Source: Catajapyx aquilonaris
Lineage: Eukaryota
Length of the DNA stretch: 64,000 nucleotides
Direction: 5' to 3'
NCBI GenBank assembly: GCA_000934665.2
Contig: KZ538063.1
Location: forward strand, 62,001-126,000
Under the pieces are notes generated by a model, which saw only the letters and a list, made by a program, of their open reading frames with translations, was not told the DNA's origin and did no database searches. This document shows, in pieces, positions 1-12,709 of the stretch (within the stretch, counting starts at the first letter, position 1; each line of letters begins with the position of its first letter). The position numbers and the translations under genes are program-made.

Positions 1-149
1 ATGACGTAGCAGCGACGTGTAAAATCGCCCACTTCGATTGCGCCGAAGATGCGCCAAAGTGGGACATTTTACGCGTCGCTGCTACGTCATCGCAAAATCA
101 CTGCTATTAATCGCCGTTATAAAACGACACTTGAACTTGGACCACCCTG
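1..149. mobile_element. Palindromic MITE, Tc1/mariner-type (left end cut by the window edge)
   Basis: Ends ...GAACTTGGACCACCCTG followed by TA (150-151), is internally self-complementary, and is nearly identical to the complete copy at 9210-9406. Confidence 0.85.
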
Positions 150-1499
150 TATATCGCTTATAATTCATTTATTATTAATTTAATTTATACGAAATGTAAT
201 GTTGCAATTTGCAGTCTTAATTGGAAACATGTAATATGCTATTTATGCTTAATTTTAACAAAATATCAAATCACCGGCATTTACTGCTCGTTTATGAAAT
301 TGCCAAATGATCTAAATGAAATTATTGATACATTATGGATATCACGATACCGGTTCTTCGCACGCGAATTATTATCGAAGAATGAATATTTTTAGGGGGG
401 AAAATGGCAGAATAGGGTGGTATATAGGGGCAGGAAAGTGGGACACCCCGACAAACTTTGCCTTTTATGATTATAGGTAAGATTTACTATCCATATTATT
501 ATGTTTCATATATAAAAATTATCACATTATAATGATTTATTATGCAGAAGACAAATTAGGAAAAAAAATATTTCTTTCTTCATTGGTATTTCTTGCACAA
601 TAATTTCTTTTTTTAATGCCTTAATTTTTCATTTCTTTCCTTCGCACTACACGGGCTTAAGTGAGAACGCATTAGTGAATATTCAGCTCCTTATATACAG
701 ACGCGGAAGAGAACTAGGGTCCGTGACCAACCATACAATTAACCAAGCCCCAATTATTTGGTCCAGATTGATTAGTCTTGGCAGCTGGGTCGTTTGCATC
801 CGTCACATCATCGCCCTCCTAAAACTAAATTTTGGTGTCGTGAGCAGACAGCACAAACGTGTTTTTGGGCTTCCTTCTTCTCCACCTATATAAGCAAACA
901 GAAAGTGAAGAAGAAGATGCCTTCCGGGTTGTGTTAAGTGGACCTTAGGCAAGTTTGAGTGAGGGAAAAACCCCCCTTTTCCTCTGCTGAGTAAGGATTG
1001 TTGCACACAGACCTCTCCTTTACATGAGGATGGGGTCGTGTGCTGGACTGGCCATGGATCAGGTCGTCTCTCTTTTTTCTCTCTCCTTTCTAACGAAAGG
1101 CTGTGTCATAGCCCATGGGAGTGCCGGCAAACATGAAGGAAGAAAATGAGCAAAAAATAATTTGAATTGGATGCACACGGCACTTGGGATGCAGGCAGGT
1201 GGAACATGGAATTTTTTTTGCAGACGAGACTCTCTTCCCCCCCATGTACTAACTCATGCAATGCCCTTCTTCTCACCTCCTGTACCTGTTGCCAGCCCCT
1301 TGTCAATTTGCATACAAGGCGCCCCGAAAAATTCCAGGGTGACGCCCCAACCCACATTAGTCACTGGGAGGACCCACCTTACTAGAGTCAATTTTGCGGA
1401 CGGCACCATTTTGGCCTTTTTAAAAAAAGGGTCAGATTCTAATAGGCCGGTTGCAAAAAAAATGAGATGAAATCTGACGAAAAATTTCTCTCTAATTAT

Positions 1500-2200
1500 T
1501 ATTTGATTTGATACAATCAGGCGATTGCATAATTATAAATTTTCCCATCAGTTTCATTGGTAGGGTCTACACGAGTTATTTTGAGCAATTATTTAATCAA
1601 AAATTATTAAAGATACTGAATTTATAGACACATGTTAAATTGCTTTCATGCATTTAACTTATATCATTCAACATCCTAATTTCATTATTTGACGTTTACA
1701 AAGTAATTTATATGAGTATGATTTTGTTAGATTTTCATTTTGATTTGATACAATCGGGCGTTTGGGGAAAAAATATTCCATTGCATAATTCGAGATTTTC
1801 TCACCAATTTTATTGATAAGTCAACACGTTAGTAAATTTGTTCAAAAATTATTAATTTAAGATACTACATTTAGGTACAAGTTAAATTGCTTTCATGCAT
1901 TTAACTTATATTATTCAAATGCTAATTTCATTCACTGACGTTTACAAACTTATTTTATGTGTTTTGATTTTTGTACATTTTCTTTGATTGGATATAATCG
2001 GACGTTAGGGAGCAAATGAGGGAATATGTCAGATTGCATAATTACATATTTTCTCAATTAATCAATTAATTAAATTGGTACGTATATAAGCAATATTAGT
2101 AAATTAGTTCAAAAAACGAATAATTGAAGACATTGGATTTCGGTTAACTTGATTTCACGTATTTATAATAATTAAAGGCTTATTTCATTCACTGAAATTT
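1500..2200. repeat. Degenerate tandem triplication, ~240 bp unit
   Basis: TTGATTTGATACAATC(A/G)GGCG-like starts at ~1503, ~1740 and ~1985; GTTAAATTGCTTTCATGCATTTAACTTATAT at 1634 and 1881. Confidence 0.7.
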
Positions 2201-3973
2201 ACAGCGTAGGCCTAATTAATTATATGTTACATTTTAATTTATGTCACTTATTTGCCTCAATGAATGATTATTATTACATTGACTTTTAAAGCATTTAATT
2301 GTGTGTTATTGCGAGTTCTGGTTGAATATATAGAGTAAATTTAATCGCGTTAATTAATTAAACATCTTCAATTCATGTGCTTTTATTGTCGATTTAAATC
2401 TTTAATGACTTTAATTAATAGCTTATTTAGGTTTGGTTATTACGTAAAAGGTGCGTCAAGCCCGACAATAAAACACGAAGTGTCATAATTCATAAAGACC
2501 GACTAATAATAACCTATAGTGTCATGAACAACGCTTCAAAGCCATATTTACGCTTCAATAATAATAGTTTTTGTTACGTAAATTATTTTTTTACCCTTGC
2601 AAAATTTTCCAATTGGCACATCCGTATGTCTCACACTGATTGGATCATCCTTACGCAACAATCAGATACAGCACCGCAAAAAATATATATATTTAAATAT
2701 ATGGATGCGCATCATGCCCACCTTCTCATTCATTATTATTTTTTTATTATTGTATGACTCGTGCACTTATCCAACCGCAGTAAGCGTATGTACTTCCGGC
2801 GTACAGGATGGTGCACTGTTCAAGTATGCAGTCCAACAAGACAAAAATGTGTAGATTGTTGACTCCAGCACACATTGTAGAGAGACTAACTATATTATTT
2901 TCCAGTTTGATTTTTTTTCTTCTTCAAAACAGTTTGCTAGGGTTAACAATTCCATTGTTGCAGTGCAGACTTGGGCAGTGGGCCACCCGATACATGAAAT
3001 AAAGATTACGTTTTGCATACACGGACACGCTTCCTTGCATCTCGAGCTGCGCAGTGTACGTAATGATGATAAGTGCTCACTCAGCTTTTAATAAGATCAT
3101 AGTCACTTCCTAGAAAGAAAGTGTCGGGAGGAGAGCAGGGCATGACTTTTTAGTTTGTACGGTTTCTTCCGCACTTGACAAGCTTCGAAAACTTTTTTTT
3201 TAAAAAAGTAGGTTAACATATATTTATTAATGAAATGCCTCGGTCTGTCCCTGAGAGTCCAGTGCACTGCAAAGCGCATGACCTCACATATCGATCATTT
3301 TTTTGTTTGTACCTTCTAATTTATTTCTAGCCAATGCCGGTGAGTCACGTGCTGTACAGGATCAGGTGCACCGAAAATAACATGCTTATCCCTCAATTAC
3401 AAATAGAAACATTCAAGTGGCGTGTGCCGTCGCGACAATAATAAACAAAACAGACGAGTTATACTCAGCATACTTAAAATTCAACTAGCAGCTACGAGTT
3501 ATAAATATTTAATTTATCTTATTATTCATATTTGAAATTTGTTTAATAACTCATATTTGCAATTTAATTTTCATATTTGAAATTTACTTTATTTTACAAT
3601 TAAATTAATTTTCATATATAATTTATTGCCATTTTAATTTCAACGAATTTTTCATTTCATAATTAAATCCATTTTTATACATACATACATACATACATTC
3701 ATTCACGGCATATTCCCATCAAGATGGGGTTACCAGCGATGACCAGGTAGGGCTTATAGTCCACCTGGCCATCTCGAACGACCATTATAATGAATCCTCT
3801 GGTGACTGGTCAGGCCCAATATGCAATATTTTTATACAATTATATAATTTAATTTCTTGTCTTAATTCCAATAAATTTATTTTCATATTTTCGTGTCTTA
3901 ATTCCAATAAATTTATTTTCATATTTTCATGTCTTAATTCCTATAAATTTTAATACTATATGTGGTATACATA

Positions 3974-4090
3974 TAGGCTTGAGTTTGTGCCTTTGTTTGT
4001 CCGGGGTGAGTCATCAGCTAGGTGCACAAAGTACACGATCCTACGAGTGGCATTTGCATGAGCAATCTCTGTGAGGGATATGGTACTACC
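3974..4090 (-). repeat. Dispersed repeat family A (CATAGATGGCGC / TGACTCA element) copy
   Basis: Reverse complement aligns to the 28440-28573 copy (TTTGTCCGGGGTGAGTCATCAGCTAGGTGCA...GTGAGGGATATGGTACTAC). Confidence 0.8.
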
Positions 4091-6898
4091 TGGATCCGTA
4101 GCTGGCCAGAGAAACAGTTCTATTGTGCTGACTGTTGCACCAAGAGTAAAAAGTAGGCTATACGGCCGATCAATATGCCATGATTGATCTATTATTACCT
4201 GGTACCAACCACCTGCTATATATCAGTATATAAACGCGTATAGTTGAAGACCCACTAGCTTTTAACAACTGCTAGTCACGTGATAGGAGCTAGTTTCTGA
4301 AAGCATGTGGCAAAAAGAGTGTGACCTACATTCTAAAGTATATTCGTATATAATAAATATTTACGCCGCAAATAAATTTCGTGACGTCAATGGTGGAATT
4401 CAGAGCAAAACGGACAAATGCGCAGATCTCAGCTGGCCCATTTGAATACAATCATTTGTAATGCAGGTGCGCAAAACATATTGTTGCCACGTGATATTAT
4501 TATATACTCCACAGTCAATTATTGTGGCATCTACCCTATAGCCACCGGTTAGATTTTGCTTATTTGTTGCTGGGGGCGAACAATCCGCAGCAAATATAGT
4601 CGAAACCCATTTGACTATACCCCGTCTCCCTATGTCACGCCAGTCACGTTTTCATCCGTAATGACCCAGGACACGTCCCAGCACTTACAACATCCGTGGG
4701 GCCGGGTTTTGACACCATCTAATTATCGCGTAACTTATACGATTTATGGCGTGCGTACACGCCTCTTTAAAAAAATATATATAAAAAATAAAAAAATAAA
4801 AAAAATTAAACAGAAAAGAGAGAAGCGTAATTTGCAAGGGGAGGTAAAAATACGAGTATGAAATTTAGTGCAACGTAAGTGCAACTTAAAAAAGTCCATG
4901 GAATAAGTGCGAGCACGTGACCCTCAACAGGAGGACTATATACGGAACGACGTCATTTGAGATCAGTCGGCACCTTCTGATTGGTCAGGGCCCCGTAAAA
5001 TGCGGGAACAAACGGGTTTGCGAAAAAGAAAATTCGCGGAATGTAATGGTCGCTGTAAAAGCAGAAAATTGCGCTCTAACTGTATGTCGTCGCCTCGCGA
5101 TGGACGGTGTGCAAATTTAAAGCAATAAATATTTTGCAAGACACGTGACCCAAAGTAATGGACACGGTGGTGCACTAGCTAAATCCACTTTTATAATAAT
5201 TGCTATTCTAATATACCAGAAAAAATAAAATAAGATGAATTAAAAATACATGAAAATATATAAATAACTGAATTAAGTAACAAAAATAAACAAAATAATG
5301 AAATTAAAAAGAAAATCGAATAAAAACACCAATTAAATACAGGTAATAAAATGAACAAATAAAAATAAATCCGTAAATAATAAAAATAAAATAAATAAGA
5401 AAAACCGGGCAAATGAAATAAAGTAAATAAACAATAAATTGTATCTGGCGATCAATATAGGCCGTGAATAATATATAGTGTAGTATAGAATTAATTAATT
5501 ATATAATAATAAAACGAACAAATGAAAAGTTAAATAATAAAAAACAGGGCAAATAAAATATAATATAAAATCATGTGAATACACAAACATAATCTAATAG
5601 CTACTATTACAAATGTAATTACCATAAATATGTAATAAAAATTAAAATTCAACTTGTATTTGAAACTGATGAAATAAAAATATAGCAATTTATTGTAATT
5701 TTCAATATAATCGCCAGAAATATTCATATATTTAAGCTGAATTTTAACCGATAATATATTTATAAATATGCAGTAAATATAATGGTAATTATTTATAACT
5801 ATAATTATCGTAAATAACCCGAGAGGTTTAAACACGGTATTTATGAATATAATTCTTGAAATAAATATTATTTCGAATATATGCGCATAATATATAATTA
5901 TTAAATATAATTTCGTTATATTAGATTGATTTTTAATTATTTTATCAAATATATTTTTAAAGAAAATAAATATTGTATGACGGACGTGTTTAAAAGAAGT
6001 ATTCGAAGAATAGCACGCTGAATAAATTTGCAAGTGATGGCAAACTCAATTCGCATTCAATTCGCGGTATGTGCACGAGTGCAAAAAAAAATCAATTAGG
6101 AAAAAAAAGCGTGGGTTGTGTAATCAGTTGTGATTATACCAGGTGTGAATGAGAGAACGAAGAGAGGTCAAGGCGAAGGCAAGCAACCCCTCGACTTGCG
6201 TAAACAGCAATAAGACAATATTGTCCACCATAATAATTACGACACTAATTACACACAGAGAGAAGAACCAACGGTCGTGACTCGAGAAACTCCGCACCGA
6301 GTTTCTCCCCCCAAAATAATTATGTAATTGAAAATTGGGTAATGAAAAAAAGCGTGCTTACAAGTACGACGGAGTGCTACGTGGGACAAGAAGTTATGGA
6401 CTACTGTATGCGGGAAAAGTTCATTAGTCGATGATTATGTACAAGGTGTTCCAACTGAAATGGCAATGGCGACAGCAAATTTTTGGCACTCAGCAGCTAC
6501 TTTTAGCAGTTATTTCAAGTATTAGCTACTGACAACAGGTCTGAGGAACCTAACTGTTACAGTACATTTGCATTAGCAAAAAAAAGATGATTATAACGTC
6601 ATATAAAGAGCTAACCGCAATGGACATTTCGGCTGTGCGGTTTATTAGTTATGAAATTTAAGGACCGAGCTGCTTATCAATAAGCAGCTACTTTTAACTA
6701 CTTCTGAGACTATTAGCTGTTATTATTAGGGAAATGAATGAAGCAGAAACCTTGCTCTGAACAATCTGAGAAGTGTGACTGTTCTTCCTTTTATTATATT
6801 ATTATGTATCAATATGTTGGATCAAGTACATACAAAATTAGCGGACAGGTGTCAAAAGTGGGGGTATTTCGTCACCCCGTGTTGAGGTTTCTACACAG

Positions 6899-6988
6899 GC
6901 CGTGTCCAGGGGGTGTTGCTTGGGGGCAAGTTCGAACCCACTTTCCACGAAGGTTACAAGTGTATAGATAAGGAGGTTTTCATTTCCG
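6899..6988 (+). CDS. Putative penultimate coding exon of an unidentified gene: (G)RVQGVLLGGKFEPTFHEGYKCIDKEVFIS(G)
   Basis: Acceptor tttctacacag|GC and donor TCCG|gtatgc; phase 1 to phase 1, joining in frame to the His-rich exon at 7279. Confidence 0.55.
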
Positions 6989-7278
6989 GTATGCCCTTCT
7001 GGTGTAATGTCTCCCATTATCGTCATATATTGTTGTGGAAATTTTTGTGTGTGTATGTGTGTGTGAGGAAAGGCATCGTCTTTGAGAAGGTCGTAGCCGC
7101 GTATGTTACTGAACAGGTTTATCATAAGCCCGTTTGGTTAACGTACGTTTTATCGTGCGTGGTACCAAGGTCACGTTACGCAAGGTCCTGGACGCACACA
7201 ACACTTTATAATATGATCTGTCCCTATATAACATGGCTATATTGACTATAATGTCTGTTATATTTCCCAATTGTCCAG

Positions 7279-7421
7279 GAGGCCACGACCACAGCAAGGA
7301 AGGAGTGTCGGGACACGAGGGCCACGGCCACGAGTCGCACGGACACAACCACACGCACCCGCTGGACGCCGCGGATGACTACGATCACGAGCACGATCAC
7401 GACCACGATCACCAGCATTAG
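7279..7421 (+). CDS. Terminal coding exon encoding a His/Asp-rich tail (GGHDHSKEGVSGHEGHGHESHGHNHTHPLDAADDYDHEHDHDHDHQH*)
   Basis: Acceptor tttcccaattgtccag|GA; a GC-rich island of mostly C/G-ending codons in AT-rich flanks; TAG at 7419-7421; AATAAA at 7482-7487. Confidence 0.7.
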
Positions 7422-7481
7422 CGCCACAAAAAGGTCAGCTCCTTAATACGTTACAATATATTTAAAATATGAAATGTAAAA

Positions 7482-7487
7482 AATAAA
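7482..7487 (+). terminator. Candidate polyadenylation signal of the His-rich gene
   Basis: AATAAA about 60 nt after the stop codon. Confidence 0.45.
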
Positions 7488-7489
7488 AA

Positions 7490-7578
7490 TCCCTGAAAAA
7501 ACTGAAAAAACACGAGCGAAGCGAGTGGTTTTTCACGCCTGCGCCCTAGAAAAATGAGAGCGAAGCGAGTTTTTCTAG
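7490..7578 (+). mobile_element. Mini Helitron-like element or Helitron 3' end
   Basis: A|TC start and CTAG|T end; GAGCGAAGCGAG occurs twice, the second just before the terminal CTAG, resembling insect Helitron 3' termini. Confidence 0.45.
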
Positions 7579-8974
7579 TAGCATATTAAAATGATAATTA
7601 TCATAACAATGTTATGTTATAGACGATTATATAAACACGTTTATTTTAATTATTATTATAATACACATTATTAATATAAATTAACATATACTTTATATAT
7701 CATTTTAATATGCCGCATTAATATAAATTAAATAATATCTAGTTTATATATCATTTTAATATGCCGCAATATAAATTAAATAATATTTATTTTAAATATT
7801 GTAATACCATCAGTATATGTATTATTAATTTAAATTAAATAATATTCATATTATACATATTACATAAAATATACATTAACATAAATGTAAAGTATAACAT
7901 TTTCCTACCATATGAAAATTAATATATAACTGAATATTATATTAAATATAATGCGCCTATTATAATAATAGCTATAATAGCTATCTGGGCGGCAGGCTGA
8001 TTTTACTAATGTACTACTAACAAGCAGTTACGAGGACTGAAACTATTAGTTCCTTTTATAGTTAAGCAGTGCCTTTTTTGGGCTCAATATTAGCTACTTT
8101 TGATTAAGCACCGACAAATACTTGAGGACTGAAATTATTATTATAGTTAAGTTTGATACGATATAATCACTTTATCTGCTTTTAATAAATAAGTTACTAA
8201 CCGCTACCTAATATTGCCTAAAATATTAGCTACTCTTTCTTGACCAATTATTATCGTTGGTAACAGTTACTTCCAGAACCGATGATTGTATAACCACTTT
8301 TAATCATGCAGATGTTAACCTTCAGGGGTTGGAAATGTTTCAACTTTTACTGAGCACTACTACTGACAGTTAGTTGAATTACTTAATAAAGTGCATTTAA
8401 TTTGCAAATTATTAATCAAGTACGTAAATTAATTTTTTGTAAAGTGTCATTGTGCTGTGTGTTAGTAGTTGATTTATTTCAAGCGACACTGAACTTTCAG
8501 TCAGTTCTTGACAGGCTGTCAAAAAAATGCTATAGTGTAAAACCGGTCAATTATTAGGGCAAACAATTTTCACAGCCTCTGACCTTTGACCTAGACGGCT
8601 GACCAAGTGCCCTCCATACCAGCTGGTCATTAATCTTGATTTTTCTTCCCTCTTAACATTGCAGAGCTGCATTTCATGATTTCTCCACCGGAGCAATATC
8701 GACAAGATATCGACGATCTCAGGTGAAGACTGGCTGCTTGATTGGGCCGGACTGAATCACACAACATTTAATTGCTTTTTTTTTAGTCAAGACCTCTAAT
8801 TTTATACAGTATTTTATTACCCCCCCGTCGTATTGTGATTGATACCTCCCCCCCCCCCCCGCAATATTGTTGTTTATTGATTAATTATTATTGTGTATTT
8901 TTTTCGGTGAGGGGCCAGACGTGTCGGTCGCATTAAAGCCGCGTTTGGAATATAAAATATGTTTATAGAACTGG

Positions 8975-9067
8975 CTTGTATCTGTGACTCTGTTTGTCCG
9001 CAGTGAGTCATCAGCAGCGTGCAGACAGGAAGCGCCATCTATGCGCGAAACATGGTACTACGTTCAC
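8975..9067 (-). repeat. Dispersed repeat family A copy
   Basis: TCTGTTTGTCCGCAGTGAGTCATCAG...GCGCCATCTATGCG...ATGGTACTACGTTCAC. Confidence 0.8.
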
Positions 9068-9169
9068 AGACCGTTGGGGGGAGGGCATGGCTGTGTTGCC
9101 AAATTCCTGGTCAATTTATAGTTGGTTTTCTTTAAATTTCGGTTTACACCACGTGACCCCCCCAGGGGT

Positions 9170-11030
9170 GCCAACGGTACTTTTTCAAGCAACAGGTAAG
9201 TGCACTATACAGGGTGGTCCAAGTTCAAGTGTCGTTTTATAACGGCGATTAATAGCAGTGATTTTGCGATGACATAGCAGCGACGCGTAAAATGTCCCAC
9301 TTCGGCGCAATCGAAGTGGGCAATTTTACACGTCGCTGCTACGTCAATCGTAAAGCGCTTCTATTAATAGCCGTTATAAAACGACACTTGAACTTGGACC
9401 ACCCTGTATTATTTGGAGATAGTTTATTCCAGCAACATGTTTTGAACCAGATGCTGATGCAGGGTAAACAATTTCGCAAATTCTGGCTACGCCCCGGTTT
9501 TCTTCAATAGCTACCGTACATAGGACTCCTATATGAGCGATTATGGGAAAACCAGACAATATAATAGCTCCAACCTTCGTAATAATTTTCTGACTAATGT
9601 AATTCGTGCCTGATTAGGCCTCGCTCGTTATGCAAAAAAATATAGCATGCAAAAAAATGAGGGGGTTTTATGGCACAGATTAATATCGCTGCTATTTTTA
9701 ACGAATAACTTCCGAGTTGGACATGCGATTTTTTTAAAAAGCAGGCACGGAATATTTATTTATGTTAAATATTTGCAACATGCATTTCGCAAAAATGGGG
9801 GTCAGTAGCTCACAGTCCGATAAAACACGTAGTAGTGACCAATTCAAGGTCATGAATGCTCCTTGCTGGAGAAGTATACTCTATCATCACGTGCATTACA
9901 CAATAATGAGCTATATGGGCTTGGCAAGTAACGCACAAACGAGCATGACTGTATAGTACACAATAGAACAGCTGTATCATCGGCCAGCTCCTATTACTTT
10001 TTGCACTTTTTGCACTTGCCCATTTACAAAAGGTACTGACTGGGTACTGAGAGGCACAGAAATTGTGAATTGTTCCCTCTCTCCTGTAGCAACTGCCCAT
10101 TCTTGGCCGTGTAAGTAACACAGTTGTTAGCATATAACAAGAATCATTACACACACCAAATAATATACATATAGCAAGTAATAAAAATAGACAAAAATAC
10201 TGCAAAAAACACTACGTGACTCACAAGTTAACATGTTAATAAGTAAATAAGTCGTCGTAAATAATATATAAAACGACAATTTTTTTTGTATGTGTGCGTC
10301 TGAAACTTGCTCGCGACAGGTACCGACGTGAGTCACGTCTGATGGAGGAGACAAGTGTATATGATTGTCTGGGAAAATAATTGGGATTTTCCCAGACGCA
10401 CGTCACGATCCTCGAGAGGGGTTCAATTAGTGGTCGTTACCCTCTCCGTATGTTAGGCCTCCAGATGGCAGCACCAGATGCACCATTTTAATGTGGTTGG
10501 CTCCATTGGCACCAGATGGTGCGCCAAAGTCTGGCCCGAATGTGGCGCTCCTTGTGGACAAATTACAAAAAACTTCTTACGATCCATTGAGCGCGCAAAA
10601 TTATTTCAAATTCATATATACATATCAAATGGAAAGTTTGTTTGTTTGTCCCATACCGCTCCCTCAAATCGCATGTTCAACTCTGAAAGTTATTCGTTAA
10701 AAATAGCAGCGATTAATATGTGCCATAAAACCATGCATGCATTTTTTATATGTATATATTTTTTGCATAACAAAATCATGCACGAATTACATTAGTCATA
10801 AATATTATTATTAAAGGTTGATGCTATTATTTTGTCTAGTTATCGGTCCCATCAACCCAACGTAGCAATTGAAGAAATATAGAAGGGTGTAGCCAGGCGA
10901 ATTGTTTACCGCAGAAACCGCCTAACATTACCACAAATAATGAGCGCTACGTCCAAACATGTTGCTGGAGTAAAACGATCTGAATAATACACATAGTGCA
11001 CTTACCTGTTACTTGAAAAGTACCGTTGGC
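9170..11030. mobile_element. Possible non-autonomous DNA transposon bounded by ~80 bp imperfect inverted repeats
   Basis: GCCAACGGTACTTTTTCAAGCAACAGGTAAGTGCACTA...CCAGCAACATGTTT (9170-9445, interrupted by the MITE) is the reverse complement of 10951-11030. CAGGGGTGCCAAC at the left end looks hAT-like. No TSD seen. Confidence 0.45.
9210..9406. mobile_element. Complete 197 bp palindromic MITE, Tc1/mariner-type
   Basis: TA|CAGGGTGGTCCAAGTTCAAGTGTCGTTTTATAACGGC...GCCGTTATAAAACGACACTTGAACTTGGACCACCCTG|TA; TA target duplication. Confidence 0.9.
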
Positions 11031-11034
11031 TTTG

Positions 11035-12578
11035 TCAGTTCTTTTTCAATGCAAAGTGACAATTTTTTATTTCCATGTCAAATTCATTGCGCTTCTCTCT
11101 AATGATTGAGAGCAATTTTTGGGCTCCTGTGCAATATCTTTTCAAGACTTTTACATGTTCCACCAATTCACCTTGCGTCAACTGAAAAGAATCACGATCT
11201 GGAAGTTCCTCAGCATCTGTTAAATCGTAACAAAGTCTACTGGGTCTGGTAGCACACATAAAAGCCAAAGGAAAATGTTTCACTGCACGAATCAACTCGT
11301 CCTTCAAGACCTCCATTCGCATAGCAGTGTAGTTATGATCAATTACAGCCCAGGTATTAATTGGCCCCACCCAATGCTCCACATCAATGATCTCATTACA
11401 ATTATTATGTGATGTGGAAGGCTCCACGAAATGTACTTTATTAATATGCTTACACAGGCAGTTAGACAGTCACACCTGTACTTGCGTACACATCAATCCG
11501 GGCAGGCAGGGGTCTAATCATCGATTGGGGCAATCTGCACAGCTGTGCAAGTTGTACAATCCGATGACACCAAAGTGATGGTAAATCTACACCCTGCAAT
11601 TTCCCTTTCTCTCAAAATAATCTATCTTAATGATGGGCGCCACTGGACACCCACAACGAGACTTATCTGACACAATTAAGTTATACAAGTGAAATCCATG
11701 TGAATAAGTGGTGGAGGTTTTCGCAACAGTGCCCACAACCTGCAGGGAGAAAGAGGTACAGATGGTAACACATTATCAGGGTTAGATGGTTGCTCAGAGT
11801 TGGAGAGAGGCGTGGTAAACGGGGTGGCATCAACAGGATAAACATTGCGGCAGGGCCAACTTCACAACGAACAGCAGGAGTGGAGGGGAAGGCTGGTGAC
11901 TAGAAATATCCAGGTAGGGTAACGCCTGGCCCGACGGCGGGAAGGAAGGGTGGAGAAGATGACAGCTGGAGCTTCGACTGGAGCAGGAATCGGGATGGGA
12001 TCCTCACAACACAAGCAGGAAGCTTTTTTCTGCAGTGGCTTGTAAATCTAGTATCGCGGTGGTATTAGTGCATCACTTTATGTGGTGATTATGCTGAAAA
12101 GCAGAGAAAGCTGGTCAAAATTTTTATTCGTCAAAATGTGACTGATTCAAAAAACTTTTGTTTCCTGGAATACATGAACGATGAGGCTATTATGACCCAA
12201 CCCAAGGGTCAATTCCGCGAGTTGCCATGGAATGAACCTCTACTATACTGTATTCACATTTTAACTCTGAGGGCGTAGTACATTTAGTCATTTACTGTAT
12301 TATGTTACCTACACCTAATACCAAGGGTCACTAGAGGTGGTGGGTTGGATTGGGGAACTATTAAACTGAATGACATGTGATGGGATTCAACCAGCATAAT
12401 GTATGAGCCATAGTACTTACCAAAAGCAATTTTCTGCAGTTCTCAACTGGTGGTAACTCCTGCATTGGGTCATTAAAATCAAGTTGTGCCCGCCACAATC
12501 TCTCCGTTTTATCGGCCTGGAACACTCGCTGGCCGCAGGGGGCAGCGCCGTCAATTGCTTCTGCCTGGGCCGGTGTGC
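11035..12578 (-). pseudogene. Degenerate spliced gene relic with a SWIM-type zinc finger, probably MULE-associated
   Basis: Frameshifted CVRKYRCDC...LCKHINKVH at ~11431-11494 runs into ORF 11035-11427. Exon-like segment 12421-12578 (ttacag|GC...TTG|gtaagt) and further acceptors at 12094 and ~11741; in-frame TGA stops. Confidence 0.5.
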
Positions 12579-12709
12579 CTGTAATGTACAACAAGTACAG
12601 TCACACCAAGAATGAATGGCGGAGGGGGAAACATGTATTACATATCATGCATGTGTACGTTGTTGTGTACATGTAATAGCGGGTAGCTCTACATGTGATT
12701 GAAATTGTA

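Noticed and set aside
5203..6033. ORFs of 69 and 167 aa rich in I/F/Y/L/N
   Set aside because: By-product of extremely AT-rich low-complexity DNA; no domain and no splice structure.
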